DNA of 64,000 nucleotides from an uncultured Actinomycetes bacterium (GTDB lineage: Bacteria > Actinomycetota > Acidimicrobiia > IMCC26256 > PALSA-610). Of the stretch, positions 1 to 10,814 are shown piece by piece. Position 1 is the first letter of the stretch. Every line of letters begins with the position of its first letter. Both the position numbers and the translations under genes were made by a program. The stretch is from NCBI GenBank assembly GCA_963701825.1, contig CAVPBG010000003.1:1072043-1136042 (forward strand), in the 5' to 3' direction. The notes under the pieces were generated by a model. It had not been told where the DNA came from, ran no database searches, and saw nothing but the letters and a program-made list of their open reading frames with translations.

Positions 1-156
1 TATCGTTCCCCGCACGACGATCTTCGTGCGACCATGCACGTCGACGTAGTCGATCGCGTTCTTGTACTTCTCGGGTAGGTGGCGCGTGAGCGCATCCCGG
101 GTCTCGTACAGGTGATTGTCCGCGTCGAACACCATGAAGTCGGGCTCTGGTGCCAT
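1..156 (-). CDS. Amidohydrolase_2-family protein, N-terminal part (runs off the window)
   Basis: Manual translation MAPEPDFMVFDADNHLYETRDALTRHLP; D-x-D-x-H motif; paralog of 18425-19690 and 35558-36769. Confidence 0.85.
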   Translation of the reverse strand, partial: MAPEPDFMVFDADNHLYETRDALTRHLPEKYKNAIDYVDVHGRTKIVVRGTI

Positions 157-342
157 ACCAGCACGTTACCGATCATCTAACAGTCACGTCAATCTTACGA
201 GCGCACCTCGGCCCCACTCCGGCCCCGTAGCGTCACGGCGGCCGATCCGTCCCGGCCTCCTTGCACAGCAACCGGCCTGGTGGTCTAACGTCCGCGTCAT
301 ACTCACGCCGCCGGCCGGCCGGCCGACCTCCAGGGGGACGCA

Positions 343-1170
343 ATGACATTGTTCGACGCATTCAGGTACGACGGCAAGCGCGCCCTCGTGGTCGGCGGCG
401 CAACCGGCATGGGTGCCGCGGTCGCCGAGCTCGTGCAGGACGCCGGCGCCGAGGTCGTGGTCATGGACCGGGCCCCGGTCACGCTGGCGAACGTGAAGTC
501 GATCGCCCTCGACCTCTCCGACAAGGCGTCGATCGACGCCGCGGTCGACGAGTGCGGTGGTCCCGTCGACGCGCTGTTCGCGTGCGCGGGGGTGGCCGAC
601 GGAACGCCCGGTATCGAGCGCATCAACTTCATCGGGCACCGCCGGCTGATCAACCGCATGGTCGCGGGCAACATGCTGCCGCGCGGTTCCGCCATCGGGA
701 TGATCTCCTCCGCGGCCGGGCTCGGGTGGCAGGCGAACCTCGAGGTGCTCCACGAATACCTCGACATCGCCGACTTCGACGAGGCCGCGGAATGGGCCCG
801 CGACAACAACCGCGCCGACTACATGTGGAGCAAGTTGGCGATCAACGCCTACGTCGCCCGCGAAGCGTTCGGTTTCCTGAAGCAGGGCATCCGCATCAAC
901 GCGATCCTGCCCGGACCCACCAACACGCCGCTCGCGCAGGCGAACGCCGACATGTGGCTCGGCTTCGGCGCCGACTTCCGCGAAGAGCTCGGGATCGAGG
1001 CCTCGACCCCGCTCGAGCAGGCCTACCCGCTGGTGTTCCTCTGCAGCAACGCGGCCGCGGGCGTCAACGGCGTCACGGTCGTCACCGACGCCGGTTACGT
1101 CAGCTCGGGCATCACCGAGTCGTTCCCGGCGGCCACCGGCGCGGTTCAGTTCCTGTCCGGCAAGTTCTGA
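343..1170 (+). CDS. SDR oxidoreductase (3-alpha-HSD/carbonyl reductase-like)
   Basis: VVGGATGMG, YMWSK, PGPTNTP motifs; purine-rich RBS upstream. Confidence 0.9.
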   Translation: MTLFDAFRYDGKRALVVGGATGMGAAVAELVQDAGAEVVVMDRAPVTLANVKSIALDLSDKASIDAAVDECGGPVDALFACAGVADGTPGIERINFIGHRRLINRMVAGNMLPRGSAIGMISSAAGLGWQANLEVLHEYLDIADFDEAAEWARDNNRADYMWSKLAINAYVAREAFGFLKQGIRINAILPGPTNTPLAQANADMWLGFGADFREELGIEASTPLEQAYPLVFLCSNAAAGVNGVTVVTDAGYVSSGITESFPAATGAVQFLSGKF

Positions 1171-1219
1171 ACCAGAGCCGCGACTCCCGCAACCCGGCCC
1201 CACCCGAAAGCGAGAAATC

Positions 1220-2860
1220 GTGCGACCGCTTCCGCAACTGACGCCCGCGACCGAATGGTTCTGGACGTCGGGCGCCGACGGGCAGCTGCGGATCCAACGC
1301 TGCGACGACTGCGGCACCTTCGTGCACCCGCCGGTACCGGTGTGCCCCGCGTGTCGCAGCCGGGCGTCGACCCCGACCGCGGTATCGGGCCGGGCGACGG
1401 TCGTCGGCGCCACCGTCAACCGCCACCAATGGCATCCCGACTTCACCCCGCCCTACGCGATTGCGGTCGTCGCGCTCGCCGAGGATCCCGCGGTCCGGTT
1501 GACGACGAACATCGTCGGCTGCGATCCCGACGACGTTCACATCGGGCAAGAAACGATGGTTCGCTTCGAACAATTCGACGACGTGTGGCTGCCGCTCTTC
1601 GAGCCGGTCGGCCCGACCGATGCGGCTGATCCCGAAGTCGCGATCAAGCTGATACCGGAGCCCGAACGCCCCACACCGCGCGCGCCGTTGAGTGATCACC
1701 GGTTCGAACAGGGTTCCGTCCTCTCGGGCATCGGCCGCTCCGCGCTCGGACGCCGGCTCATGGTCGACCCCTTGTCGCTCACCGTCGACGCGTGCCTGGC
1801 CGCGATCGCCGACGCCGGCCTCACCCCCGACGACATCGACGGGCTCTCCACGTACCCCGGCATGAGCGCGATGGGGATGAGCGAGGGCGGTGTGACCGCG
1901 GTCGAAGAAGCCCTGCGCCTACGACCGACGTGGCACAACGGCGGTGGCGACCTTCCCGGTCCGGGCGGCTCCGTCATCGCCGCGATGCTCGCGGTCTCGG
2001 CCGGTCTCTGCCGCCACGTGTTGTGCTTCCGCACCGTGTGGGAGTCGACGTACGCGACGCTCCGGCTCGGTTCGCTCGGCGACGGTCGCGTTTCCGGTCC
2101 GCTGATGGAGTGGCGCGCACCGTTCGGCGCGCTGTCGGCCTCGAACTGGATCGGCATGAACGCGAACCACTACCTGCAGCGCTACGGCGCGACGCGGGAG
2201 ATGCTCGGTTGGATCGCGCTCAACGGCCGCGCCAACGCGGCGCGCAACCCGGCCGCGATCTACCGCGACCCGATGACGATGGACGACTACATGTCGGCCC
2301 GCCCGATCACGAGCCCGTTCGGCCTCTACGACTGCGACGTTCCGTGCGACGCGTCGGTTGCCGTGATCGTTTCCGACGCGTCGGTCGCGGGTGACCTTCC
2401 GAAGCCCGCGATCCGCATCGAAGCGGTCGGCACGCAGATCACCGAGCGCGTCTCCTGGGATCAGGGCACGCTGACCCACGAACCGCAGGTGCTCGGCCAG
2501 TCGGCGCACCTCTGGTCGCGCACAAATATGGGGCCCGCCGACGTCGACCTCGCGCTCATGTACGACGGCTTCACCTTCAACGCGATCTCGTGGATCGAGG
2601 CGCTGGGCTTCTGCGGCATCGGCGAAGCGATGGACTGGCTCGACGGCGGGCGCCGCATTGCGCTCGACGGCGAGCTCCCGATCAACCCGCACGGCGGCCA
2701 GTTGTCGGAAGGCCGCACGCACGGCTTCGGTTTCATCTACGAAGCGATGATGCAACTCCGCCATGACGCGGGTGAACGCCAGGTCGCGAACGCGCAGACC
2801 GCGGTGGTGACGTCCGGCGGCGGCACCCCCTCCGGCGTGATGCTCCTCCGCCGCCCCTGA
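1220..2860 (+). CDS. Fused DUF35 (Zn-ribbon/OB-fold) and thiolase-like (Ltp2/SCP2-type) protein
   Basis: CDDC...CPAC Zn ribbon, then thiolase fold (YDCDVPCD, YDGFT, NPHGGQLSEGRTHG). Confidence 0.88.
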   Translation: MRPLPQLTPATEWFWTSGADGQLRIQRCDDCGTFVHPPVPVCPACRSRASTPTAVSGRATVVGATVNRHQWHPDFTPPYAIAVVALAEDPAVRLTTNIVGCDPDDVHIGQETMVRFEQFDDVWLPLFEPVGPTDAADPEVAIKLIPEPERPTPRAPLSDHRFEQGSVLSGIGRSALGRRLMVDPLSLTVDACLAAIADAGLTPDDIDGLSTYPGMSAMGMSEGGVTAVEEALRLRPTWHNGGGDLPGPGGSVIAAMLAVSAGLCRHVLCFRTVWESTYATLRLGSLGDGRVSGPLMEWRAPFGALSASNWIGMNANHYLQRYGATREMLGWIALNGRANAARNPAAIYRDPMTMDDYMSARPITSPFGLYDCDVPCDASVAVIVSDASVAGDLPKPAIRIEAVGTQITERVSWDQGTLTHEPQVLGQSAHLWSRTNMGPADVDLALMYDGFTFNAISWIEALGFCGIGEAMDWLDGGRRIALDGELPINPHGGQLSEGRTHGFGFIYEAMMQLRHDAGERQVANAQTAVVTSGGGTPSGVMLLRRP

Positions 2861-2865
2861 ACCTC

Positions 2866-2916
2866 CGAACTGTCGTGAGTTGTGGGCGCATTCCGCCTAC
2901 AACTCACGACAGTTCG
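2866..2916. repeat. 51-bp palindromic repeat, copy 1 (REP-like, possible bidirectional terminator)
   Basis: cgaactgtcgtgagtt-gtgggcg-cattc-cgcctac-aactcacgacagttcg between convergent genes. Confidence 0.92.
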
Positions 2917-2921
2917 ATTGG

Positions 2922-3737
2922 TTAGGGGATGATCGCCGCGCAGACGCCGCCGTCGACCAAGACGTCGATGCCGGTGACGAAGCTCGCTTCGTCCGACAAG
3001 AGGAACGCGACCACCGCCGCGAGCTCGTCGGCGTGACCGGTGCGCGCCAGCGGGGTCATGTCGCGCATCATGGCCATCGCCGGTTGCTGTTCGAATTCCT
3101 GGCGGCCCATCGGCGTGTCGATCAGGCCCGGCGATACCGAGCAGATGCGCGCACCGCGCGGCCCGAGCGTCACGGCTTCCCGGCGGACGAGGCGTTGCAC
3201 GCCGCGTTTGGCCCACGCGTACGCGAGTCCGGGGTCGGGGGTCTCCTCACCGGTCGCGGCGCGGTACGCGTCGAAGAACCCTTCGGTCAACGGTTCGTCG
3301 ATGGCGGCGTCGATCGCGGGGGTCGCGCCGCCGGCGGTGAGGTGCGCGGCCATCGACGCGATGCACACGATCGCAGTCCCCGACACGACGAGCGGGCGCA
3401 ACGCCTCGACGAGGAGCGCGGTGCCGACGAGGTCGACGTCAAGGACGCGCCGCCAGTCGGCCATTGTCGGCGAGACGCCGGCGACATGCGCGACGCTCCG
3501 CAACGAGCCGCGCGCCGCGGCGCGCGCCGCCAGCTCCGCCGGCGCGGCCGGATCGGTGATGTCGAGCACCACCGTCTCGCACGCCGCGCCGCCCGGTCCG
3601 AATCCGGCGACCGTCGCGTCGAGCGCGGCTCCGTTCACGTCGGCGAGAACCAGCACGTCGGCGGTCGCGTACAGCCGTTGCGCGCAGGCCGCACCGATGC
3701 CGCTCCCCGCCCCCGTCACGATCGATACGGCAGTCAT
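2922..3737 (-). CDS. SDR oxidoreductase
   Basis: TGAGSGIG, YAWAK, SPGLIDT, VDGG. Confidence 0.9.
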   Translation of the reverse strand: MTAVSIVTGAGSGIGAACAQRLYATADVLVLADVNGAALDATVAGFGPGGAACETVVLDITDPAAPAELAARAAARGSLRSVAHVAGVSPTMADWRRVLDVDLVGTALLVEALRPLVVSGTAIVCIASMAAHLTAGGATPAIDAAIDEPLTEGFFDAYRAATGEETPDPGLAYAWAKRGVQRLVRREAVTLGPRGARICSVSPGLIDTPMGRQEFEQQPAMAMMRDMTPLARTGHADELAAVVAFLLSDEASFVTGIDVLVDGGVCAAIIP

Positions 3738-3830
3738 GAGTGCGATCGTACGCGGGGTTGCTACCTGACACGAGCGTCAGCAAAACCGCTATGGTCTCGT
3801 CGCTCGGTAGGGAACGGACAAGGAGCCCGC

Positions 3831-4667
3831 GTGGAGGACCTCGAGACACTGTTGTACGAAGAGCGCGACGGCGTCGCCATCATCACGCTGAACCGCCCCG
3901 AGGTCCACAACGCGTTCAATCTCGCGATGCAGCGCGAGCTGAAGAAGGTCTGGACATCGCTCCGCGACAACGACGACGTACACGCGGTCGTGCTGACGGG
4001 CGCGGGCGAAAAGGCGTTCTGTACGGGCATCGATCGGGCCGAGTCGATCGAAGAGGGTTACCTCAAGCGCCAGCCGGGACAGCCGACCGCCGAAGGTCGG
4101 TCCGGACAGGTATCGACCCCGTTCATGTACAACGACCCCGGCGCGAACATCAATCCGAAGCAGAACGACATGTGGAAGCCCGTCGTCGCCGCGGTGAACG
4201 GCATGGCGTGCGGCGGCGCGCTGTACATGTTGGGCGAGTCCGACATCATCATCGCGGCCGAGCACGCCACATTCTTCGATCCGCACGTCACGTACGGCAT
4301 GGTCGCCGGGTTCGAGTCGATGCACCTTCTGCAGAAGCTGCCGCTGGGCGAAACCCTGCGCGTCGCGCTGCTGGGGGCGAACGAACGCCTGTCGGCGACG
4401 CGCGCGCACCAGGTCGGTCTGGTCTCCGAGATCGCCCCGCTCGACGAGCTCCTCGACCGCGCCATGTGGGTCGCGACCGCGATCGCACAGGCGCCGGTGC
4501 TCGCGATCCAGGGAACACTGCGGGCCGTGTGGATGGCGCACGAGTTCGGCCGCCGCGACGCGCTCGCGCAGGTCTCGACCTACGTCACGCTCGGCACGGC
4601 ACGCGAGAACATCGCCAGCGGGCAGCTGCAGTTCCAGGGCAAGCGGATCGAGTGGAAACTGCGGTAG
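3831..4667 (+). CDS. Enoyl-CoA hydratase/isomerase family
   Basis: ITLNRPEVHNA, AFCTGID, KPVVAAVNGMACGG; GTG start after AGGAG. Confidence 0.9.
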   Translation: MEDLETLLYEERDGVAIITLNRPEVHNAFNLAMQRELKKVWTSLRDNDDVHAVVLTGAGEKAFCTGIDRAESIEEGYLKRQPGQPTAEGRSGQVSTPFMYNDPGANINPKQNDMWKPVVAAVNGMACGGALYMLGESDIIIAAEHATFFDPHVTYGMVAGFESMHLLQKLPLGETLRVALLGANERLSATRAHQVGLVSEIAPLDELLDRAMWVATAIAQAPVLAIQGTLRAVWMAHEFGRRDALAQVSTYVTLGTARENIASGQLQFQGKRIEWKLR

Positions 4668-4697
4668 CCCGCCGGCACGAGCCGCCGGAACGAGCCG

Positions 4698-5741
4698 TCA
4701 GCGCGGGCCGGCAGGAACGATCGGCGGCATATCGGTGGTCGCGAGGATCCCGGGCCCGGCCGCGCACACGTACGGGATCGCGTTGACGGGCCGGTTCGCG
4801 GTGTAGCCGGGCGTGAAGTCCCCGAGCTCCTCGAGTGGAATCGGGAACGGGAGCTCCACGTCGAACGGCGCGTCACCCCGGACGCGCACCCGCCAGCCCG
4901 TCGGGCGTAAATCCCACTCGGGATTGACGTCGGCGGTGCAGTACCAGTTGGCGGTGAACGACACGACGTCGGCTCCCCCGCTGCGCCCGGCCAGGCTGAT
5001 GCGTTGGGCCGCGATCGTTCCCGCGGGAACTTCGCCCGCCGCGATCCGGGTCGGGTGTCGCGCGGCGGCCGCTTCGCCGTTGCAGTGCCATTCGTCGACG
5101 GGCCGCCCCGCCGCCTCCGCGAGCACACCGAGCGCGGGGCCGAACTCGCCGAGGAGATACTCCGCCCGGCGGGGATTGAACGAGTCCAACGGCTGCGCGA
5201 AACCCATCTGTTCGAACAGCAGGTGCGGCGAATCGCGGCGCGACATGTTCGCGAACTCGTCGATCTCGACCGCGTCGACCCGACGTTGCATCGACAACAG
5301 CGCGAACGGCAGGGCATCGGTGATGAAGCCCGGACTACTCCCCGTGGAGTACACGGACGTTCCCGCCCGCGCACGCACGTCGAGCACACGCGCGCGGTCG
5401 TCGTCGGAGAGCGCGGCCCCACCGCGGAAGAACTCGCCGCGGGTCGTCACCACGTTGGTCCCGGCCGCGAGGAACGCGATCACCGCCTCGATGTCGAGCG
5501 CGCGCGGCATGTAGAGCACGCAGTCGGCCGCGATCGCGTGGATCGCCACGGGATCGGTCGTGGCGAGGACTCCGGTCGGTGCCTCCCCGCAGAGCTCACC
5601 CGCGTCGACGCCGTTCTTGGCCGGGTCGTAGACGAGCACGCCGACCAGATCGAGATCGGGGTGACGAATCACCTCGCGCAGCGCACGGCCGCCGATGTTG
5701 CCGGTGGCCCACTGGACCACCCGCAAACGACCCGCGCTCAA
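4698..5741 (-). CDS. Dihydrodipicolinate reductase-like NAD(P)-dependent oxidoreductase
   Basis: VVQWATGNIG Rossmann motif, TGSSPGF, NAIPYVCAAGPG C-terminus. Confidence 0.8.
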   Translation of the reverse strand: MSAGRLRVVQWATGNIGGRALREVIRHPDLDLVGVLVYDPAKNGVDAGELCGEAPTGVLATTDPVAIHAIAADCVLYMPRALDIEAVIAFLAAGTNVVTTRGEFFRGGAALSDDDRARVLDVRARAGTSVYSTGSSPGFITDALPFALLSMQRRVDAVEIDEFANMSRRDSPHLLFEQMGFAQPLDSFNPRRAEYLLGEFGPALGVLAEAAGRPVDEWHCNGEAAAARHPTRIAAGEVPAGTIAAQRISLAGRSGGADVVSFTANWYCTADVNPEWDLRPTGWRVRVRGDAPFDVELPFPIPLEELGDFTPGYTANRPVNAIPYVCAAGPGILATTDMPPIVPAGPR

Positions 5742-7201
5742 CTCGCGGGCTCGGCGAAGGTCTTGCGCTCGATGAATTCCTCCAGGCCGGCTTCGCCCAT
5801 TTCCCGGCCGATGCCCGACTGCTTGTAACCGCCGAACGGCGCGTCGGGCGCGTAGTAGACGCCGCCGTTCACGCTCATCGTCCCGGCGCGAATCCGGCGC
5901 CCGACATCGAGCGCGTTCTCGCGATCGGCACCGAGCACCATGCCCGACAAGCCGAAAATCGAGTTGTTGGCGACGCGCACCGCGTCGTCGTCACCGTCGT
6001 GCGGCAACACGACGAGAACGGGACCGAACAACTCGTCCTGGGCGACCGCCGAGTTCTCGTCGGCGCCCGTGAGCACCGTCGGCTCGTAATAGAACCCGCG
6101 GGGCAGGTGCTCGGGAATCCGCCCGCCCACCACCGCCTTGGCGCCGTCGGCCACCGCCCGATCGACATAACCCGCGACCTTCTCCTGCTGGCGGGCGTTG
6201 ATCAGCGGTCCCATCATCGTGGCCGGGTCGGTCGGGTCGCCGTACGCGATGTTCGCGATGGCACTGCGCGCCGCGTCGACGGCTTCGTCGTAGCGGGCGC
6301 GCGGGACGATCAACCGCGAGGTGATCGCGCACCCCTGACCCGAGTGCGAGGTCGTGGCGTACGCACCGATCAACCCGCCGAGCCCGACGTCACCGTCCTC
6401 GAGGACCACGAGCGCCGATTTGCCGCCGAGCTCGAGGAACACGCGCTTCACCGTCGCGCCGGCTGCGGCCATGATCTGGCGACCCACCGGCGTCGAGCCG
6501 GTGAAGGAGACGACGTCGACGTCGGGGTGTGTCGTGAGCTCCGCGCCGACCGCGTTGTCGGACGACGAGATCACGTTGACGACGCCCGCCGGCAGGTCGG
6601 TGGATTCGGCGAGCAGCTTGCCCAGCGCGAGCGTGGCCCACGGCGTGTCGGGGGCGCCCTTGAGCACCACCGTGCATCCGGCCGCGAGCGCGGGCGCGAG
6701 CTTGGCGAGCGCGAGCTGGATCGGATAGTTGTACGCCGTGATCGCGGCGACGACTCCCGCGCCTTCCTTCTCGATCCACCGGTGGTGCCGGCCCGCAAAC
6801 GTGTCGCGCTCACCGAGGTCTTCGACGAAGTCGTAGTTCTCGACCAGGTCGGCGTACCACGAGACGACGTCGATCGGGGCTTCGAGTTGCGGCCCACTCG
6901 TGATCGAGACCGGCGCGCCGACTTCACTGACGATGATCTCCCGCAACGGCTCGACGTTGTCGAGCAGCGCCTGGTGGAACTGGCGCAACACCCGCACCCG
7001 CAGCGCGGGATCGCGCGACCACTTGGTCTCGTCGAACGCCCGTCGGGCCGCACCGATGGCCCGGTCGACATCGGCGACGGTGGCGTCGGCCGCCACGCCC
7101 AGAACGGCTTCGGTCGCGGGGTTGATCGTCTCGTAGGTCGCGCCGCCCTCGGCGGTAACCAACGCGCCGTCGATCAGCAGTCGCTCTTCGTGCCAGTTCA
7201 T
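5738..7201 (-). CDS. Aldehyde dehydrogenase
   Basis: FTGSTPVG, LELGGKS, SGQGCA, ELFGPV, PFGGYKQSG. Confidence 0.93.
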   Translation of the reverse strand: MNWHEERLLIDGALVTAEGGATYETINPATEAVLGVAADATVADVDRAIGAARRAFDETKWSRDPALRVRVLRQFHQALLDNVEPLREIIVSEVGAPVSITSGPQLEAPIDVVSWYADLVENYDFVEDLGERDTFAGRHHRWIEKEGAGVVAAITAYNYPIQLALAKLAPALAAGCTVVLKGAPDTPWATLALGKLLAESTDLPAGVVNVISSSDNAVGAELTTHPDVDVVSFTGSTPVGRQIMAAAGATVKRVFLELGGKSALVVLEDGDVGLGGLIGAYATTSHSGQGCAITSRLIVPRARYDEAVDAARSAIANIAYGDPTDPATMMGPLINARQQEKVAGYVDRAVADGAKAVVGGRIPEHLPRGFYYEPTVLTGADENSAVAQDELFGPVLVVLPHDGDDDAVRVANNSIFGLSGMVLGADRENALDVGRRIRAGTMSVNGGVYYAPDAPFGGYKQSGIGREMGEAGLEEFIERKTFAEPAS

Positions 7202-7235
7202 CTTCTTCCCCTGAGCTGTCGCTGGTCGTCTGGGC

Positions 7236-7271
7236 GAGAACGACATTACGATAGAGTGGAATGCTCTTTCC
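7236..7271. promoter_or_regulatory. Tandem 15-bp GAGAA-N5-TTCTC-like candidate operators
   Basis: gagaacgacattacg (7236) and tggaatgctctttcc (7257) in a divergent intergenic region. Confidence 0.5.
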
Positions 7272-7337
7272 CGCCAGACGCATGTGGCGTTTCCAGACCC
7301 GGCGCGCGGCCCCGCGCACCGGGGCCTGATCGGCCCG

Positions 7338-8483
7338 ATGGACATCGCCGAGTTCCGTGCACAGTTCCACGCGTGGCTCGACGCGCACGCGGCCGAGCTC
7401 GCGCCCACGTACGCCGCGCCCGGCACCCTCGACGAGCACATCGCGCAGATGCAACGCGTGAAAGCGCTGCTCTACGACGCGGGCTGGATGCGGTGGGGCT
7501 GGCCCGAACGCGTCGGCGGCCTGGGCGGCTCGCCTCTGCTCCGGACCGAGCTCGGCGCGGAGCTGGCCGGGCGCGGACTCACCGATCCCGGACTGTTCTC
7601 GCTCATCGAGGTACTCGTTCCCACCCTCATCGACTACGCGTCGACCGAGCTCGCGGCCGACTTCGTGCCGCGGCTGCTGTCGGGCGCGGAGCTCTGGTGT
7701 CAGGGGTTCTCCGAGCCCGGGACCGGGAGCGATCTCGGGTCGCTCGCGTGTCGGGCCACCCCCGACGGTGATCCCGCCACCGCGTCGACATGGATCATCA
7801 ACGGCCAGAAGGTGTGGACGAGCCTCGCGCAGTACTCGGATCGGTGTGTGCTGCTGACCCGCACGGGCACATCGGAGTCGCGCCACCGCGGCATCACCGC
7901 GTTCTTCGTCGACATGGACACACCGGGCGTGACGGTCGCGCCGCTCGAGATGATCAACGGCGAGCGCGAGTTCGCGGAGGTGTTCTTCGACGACGTCGTC
8001 GTTCCCGCCGATCGCATCCTCGGCGCCGTGAACGGCGGGTGGGCCGTTGCGATGAGCATCCTCCCCTACGAGCGCTCGTCGTGCTTCTGGCAGCGCATCG
8101 CGTACCTCTACCACCGGCTGCAGCTGATCGTCAGCGCCGTGGAACCCGACGATCGCGCCGCGACCGTCGTCGGCGACGCGTTCGTGCAGCTCTACGCGCT
8201 CCGGGCCCGGTCCCGCGCGACGCAGCACCGGCTCGCGGCGGGCGAGACGATCGGTGCGGAAACGTCGATCGACAAGGTCCTCGTCGCGACTGCGGAACAG
8301 ACGACCTACAACGCGGCGCGTCGCCTGCTCACCGGCGTCGTAGAGATCGACGACAGCGTCGCCGGTGAACTGTGGCGCCGCGAGTTCCTGTACTCCCGCG
8401 CCGCGACCATCTACGGCGGTACCGCCGAGGTGCAACGCAACATCATCGCCCGGCGGCTGTTGAACCTCGGAGCCGACGAATGA
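7338..8483 (+). CDS. Acyl-CoA dehydrogenase (probable catalytic subunit of a heteromeric pair)
   Basis: WCQGFSEPGTGSDL, NGQKVWTS, IYGGTAEVQRNII. Confidence 0.92.
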   Translation: MDIAEFRAQFHAWLDAHAAELAPTYAAPGTLDEHIAQMQRVKALLYDAGWMRWGWPERVGGLGGSPLLRTELGAELAGRGLTDPGLFSLIEVLVPTLIDYASTELAADFVPRLLSGAELWCQGFSEPGTGSDLGSLACRATPDGDPATASTWIINGQKVWTSLAQYSDRCVLLTRTGTSESRHRGITAFFVDMDTPGVTVAPLEMINGEREFAEVFFDDVVVPADRILGAVNGGWAVAMSILPYERSSCFWQRIAYLYHRLQLIVSAVEPDDRAATVVGDAFVQLYALRARSRATQHRLAAGETIGAETSIDKVLVATAEQTTYNAARRLLTGVVEIDDSVAGELWRREFLYSRAATIYGGTAEVQRNIIARRLLNLGADE

Positions 8484-9452
8484 TCGACCCGGCCGAGCGC
8501 GCGCTCCTCGAGGAAACCGTGCGCGCCGGGCTGGAGCGCGCGCCGGACGCGGATGCGCGGCTCGTCGAGCTCGGCTGGCTCGAGATGCTGCAGGCCGAAC
8601 CGCAGGATGCGGTCGCGATCGTCTTCTCCGCTCTCGGTACCACCAACGCCGTCGCGACCGCGCTCGACGACGTGGTCGTCGGCGCGTTGGGTCTACCACC
8701 GAGCCCTGACCGCGCCGTGCTGTTACCGCCGTTTGCTTCGTGGTCGCCGCCCGCCCGCCGCGACGGCGCGGGCGTCCGCGCGAGCGGACTGGCATCGGTC
8801 CGCGCGACCACCGCCCGCGAGCTCGTCGTGGCGGCCGGCCGCGAAGCGGGCGAGCCGCAACTCGTCATCGTGCCGATCACGGCTGCACACGTGGTGCCGG
8901 TGCGAGGCATCGACCCCGGCCTCGGCCTCCACCGCGTCGACCTCGCCGTCGAAGTCGACGTCGCCGAGCCCCACGACATCGACTTCGACCTCGAAGCGTG
9001 GGGCGCGGCGATCGCCGCGGGCCGGCTCGCACTCGCGCACCAGATCTCCGGCGCGTGTCGCGTGATGCTCGACCTCGCGTGCGAGCACGCGGTCGAGCGC
9101 GTGCAGTTCGGGCGGCCGATCGCGCGCTTCCAAGCCGTACGCCACCGACTGGCCGACGCGCTGGTGGCCGTGGAATCGCTCGACGCCGCGCTCGGCGGTC
9201 GCGGACGAGGCACCGGATCCCACGACCAGCGCGCTCGCCAAGGCGATCGCGGGACGCACTGCGCAGACTGTCGCCGCGCACTGCCAACAGGTGCTGGCGG
9301 GGATCGGCTTCACCACCGATCACGCGTTCCACCGCTACCTGAAGCGCACGCTCGCCCTCGAAGGCCTGTTCGGCAGCAGCGACGAGATCGTCACCGGCAT
9401 CGGCCGCGACCTCATCGACACGCGCCACGTTCCCACCCTCATCGAACTCTGA
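8480..9452 (+). CDS. Acyl-CoA dehydrogenase partner subunit; frameshift near 9195
   Basis: RVQFGRPIARFQAVRH, continuing in another frame as QQVLAGIGFTTDH...LIEL*; ATGA overlap with upstream ACAD. Confidence 0.8.
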
Positions 9453-9468
9453 CGCCGGAGGCATCGAA

Positions 9469-10778
9469 GTGACCGACCCGAACCCCGGAAACGCCAACCC
9501 CGACCCCGGGAACTACGACGACATCAACTTCTTCCGGGACGAGACGCTCGTCGCCGACCCGTATCCGTACTTCACCCACCTGCGCGAACAGTGCCCGGTA
9601 CGCCGGGAACCGCATCACGACGTGTTGATGGTGACGGGGTACGACGAGGCAATTGCCGTGTACCACGACACCGCGACCTTCTCGTCGTGCAATTCGGTGA
9701 CCGGACCGTTCCCGGGATTCTCGGTCGAACTGGTCGGCGACGACGTCACCGACCTCATCGAGCAACACCGCGCCGAGTTGCCGATGAGCGACCAACTGCC
9801 GACCCTCGACCCGCCCGTGCACACCGCGCACCGCGCGCTGCTGATGCGACTCATCACCCCGAAGCGGTTGAAGGAGAACGAGGAGTTCATGTGGCGGCTC
9901 GCCGATCGCACGATCGACGAGTTCGTCGCGCGCGGGAGTTGCGAGTTCATCACCGAGTACGCGAGCCCCTTCGCGATGCTCGTCGTGGCCGACCTGCTCG
10001 GCGTCCCCGAAGCAGACCACAAGACGTTCCGCGCCGCGCTCGGGCCGCGCCCCGGCCGGGCCGTCGGAGGGACCCACGACGACGCGATGTCGGGCAACCC
10101 GCTCGAGTTCCTCTACCAACGGTTCTCGGAGTACGTCGAGGACCGCCGTCGCGAACCGCGGGGCGACGTGCTCACCGGTCTCGCGACCGCGACATTCCCC
10201 GACGGCTCGACCCCCGAGGTCATCGACGTCGTCCGCATCGCCGCGAACCTCTTCGCCGCAGGCCAGGAGACGACCGTGCGCCTGCTCGGCACCGCACTCC
10301 TGCTGTTGGGCGAGAACCCGGACCTGCAGCAGGAACTACGCGACGATCGCGAACGCATCCCGAACTTCGTCGAGGAAGCGCTGCGCTTCGAGAGCCCGAT
10401 CAAGGGCGACTTCCGGTTGTCGCGCGTCGCGGGCACCGTCGGGGGCGTCGACTTTCCCGCGGGCACCACCTTCATGGTGTTGAACGGCGCCGCGAACCGC
10501 GACCCGCGCCGCTTCGAGAACCCCGACGAGTTCATCGTCGACCGCGTGAACGCGCGCCAACACCTCTCGTTCGGCCACGGGATCCACACCTGCCCCGGCG
10601 CGCCGCTCGCCCGCGCCGAAGCGCGCGTCAGCATCGAACGGGTGCTCGACCGCATGGCCGACATCAAGATCTCGGAAGAGAACCACGGCCCCGCGGGGCG
10701 CGGCGCTTTCAGTACGCGCCCACGTACATCTTGCGCGGCCTGACCCGATTGCACCTCGAGTTCACGCCCGCGTCGTAA
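9469..10778 (+). CDS. Cytochrome P450 (CYP150-like); frameshift near 10700
   Basis: AGQETT, EEALR, FGHGIHTCPG; C-terminus RFQYAPTYILRGL in a shifted frame, matching paralog 15669-16955. Confidence 0.88.
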
Positions 10779-10814
10779 GCCCACGCGCACGGGCGCGACC
10801 GCCGCGCCGACGCG

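Noticed and set aside
4671-4696. 13-bp imperfect tandem repeat between convergent genes
   Set aside because: Single GC-rich occurrence, compatible with chance or slippage.
9475-9513. Short duplication at the P450 N-terminus (DPNPGN/NPDPGN)
   Set aside because: A small in-frame duplication in a variable tail; no wider pattern.
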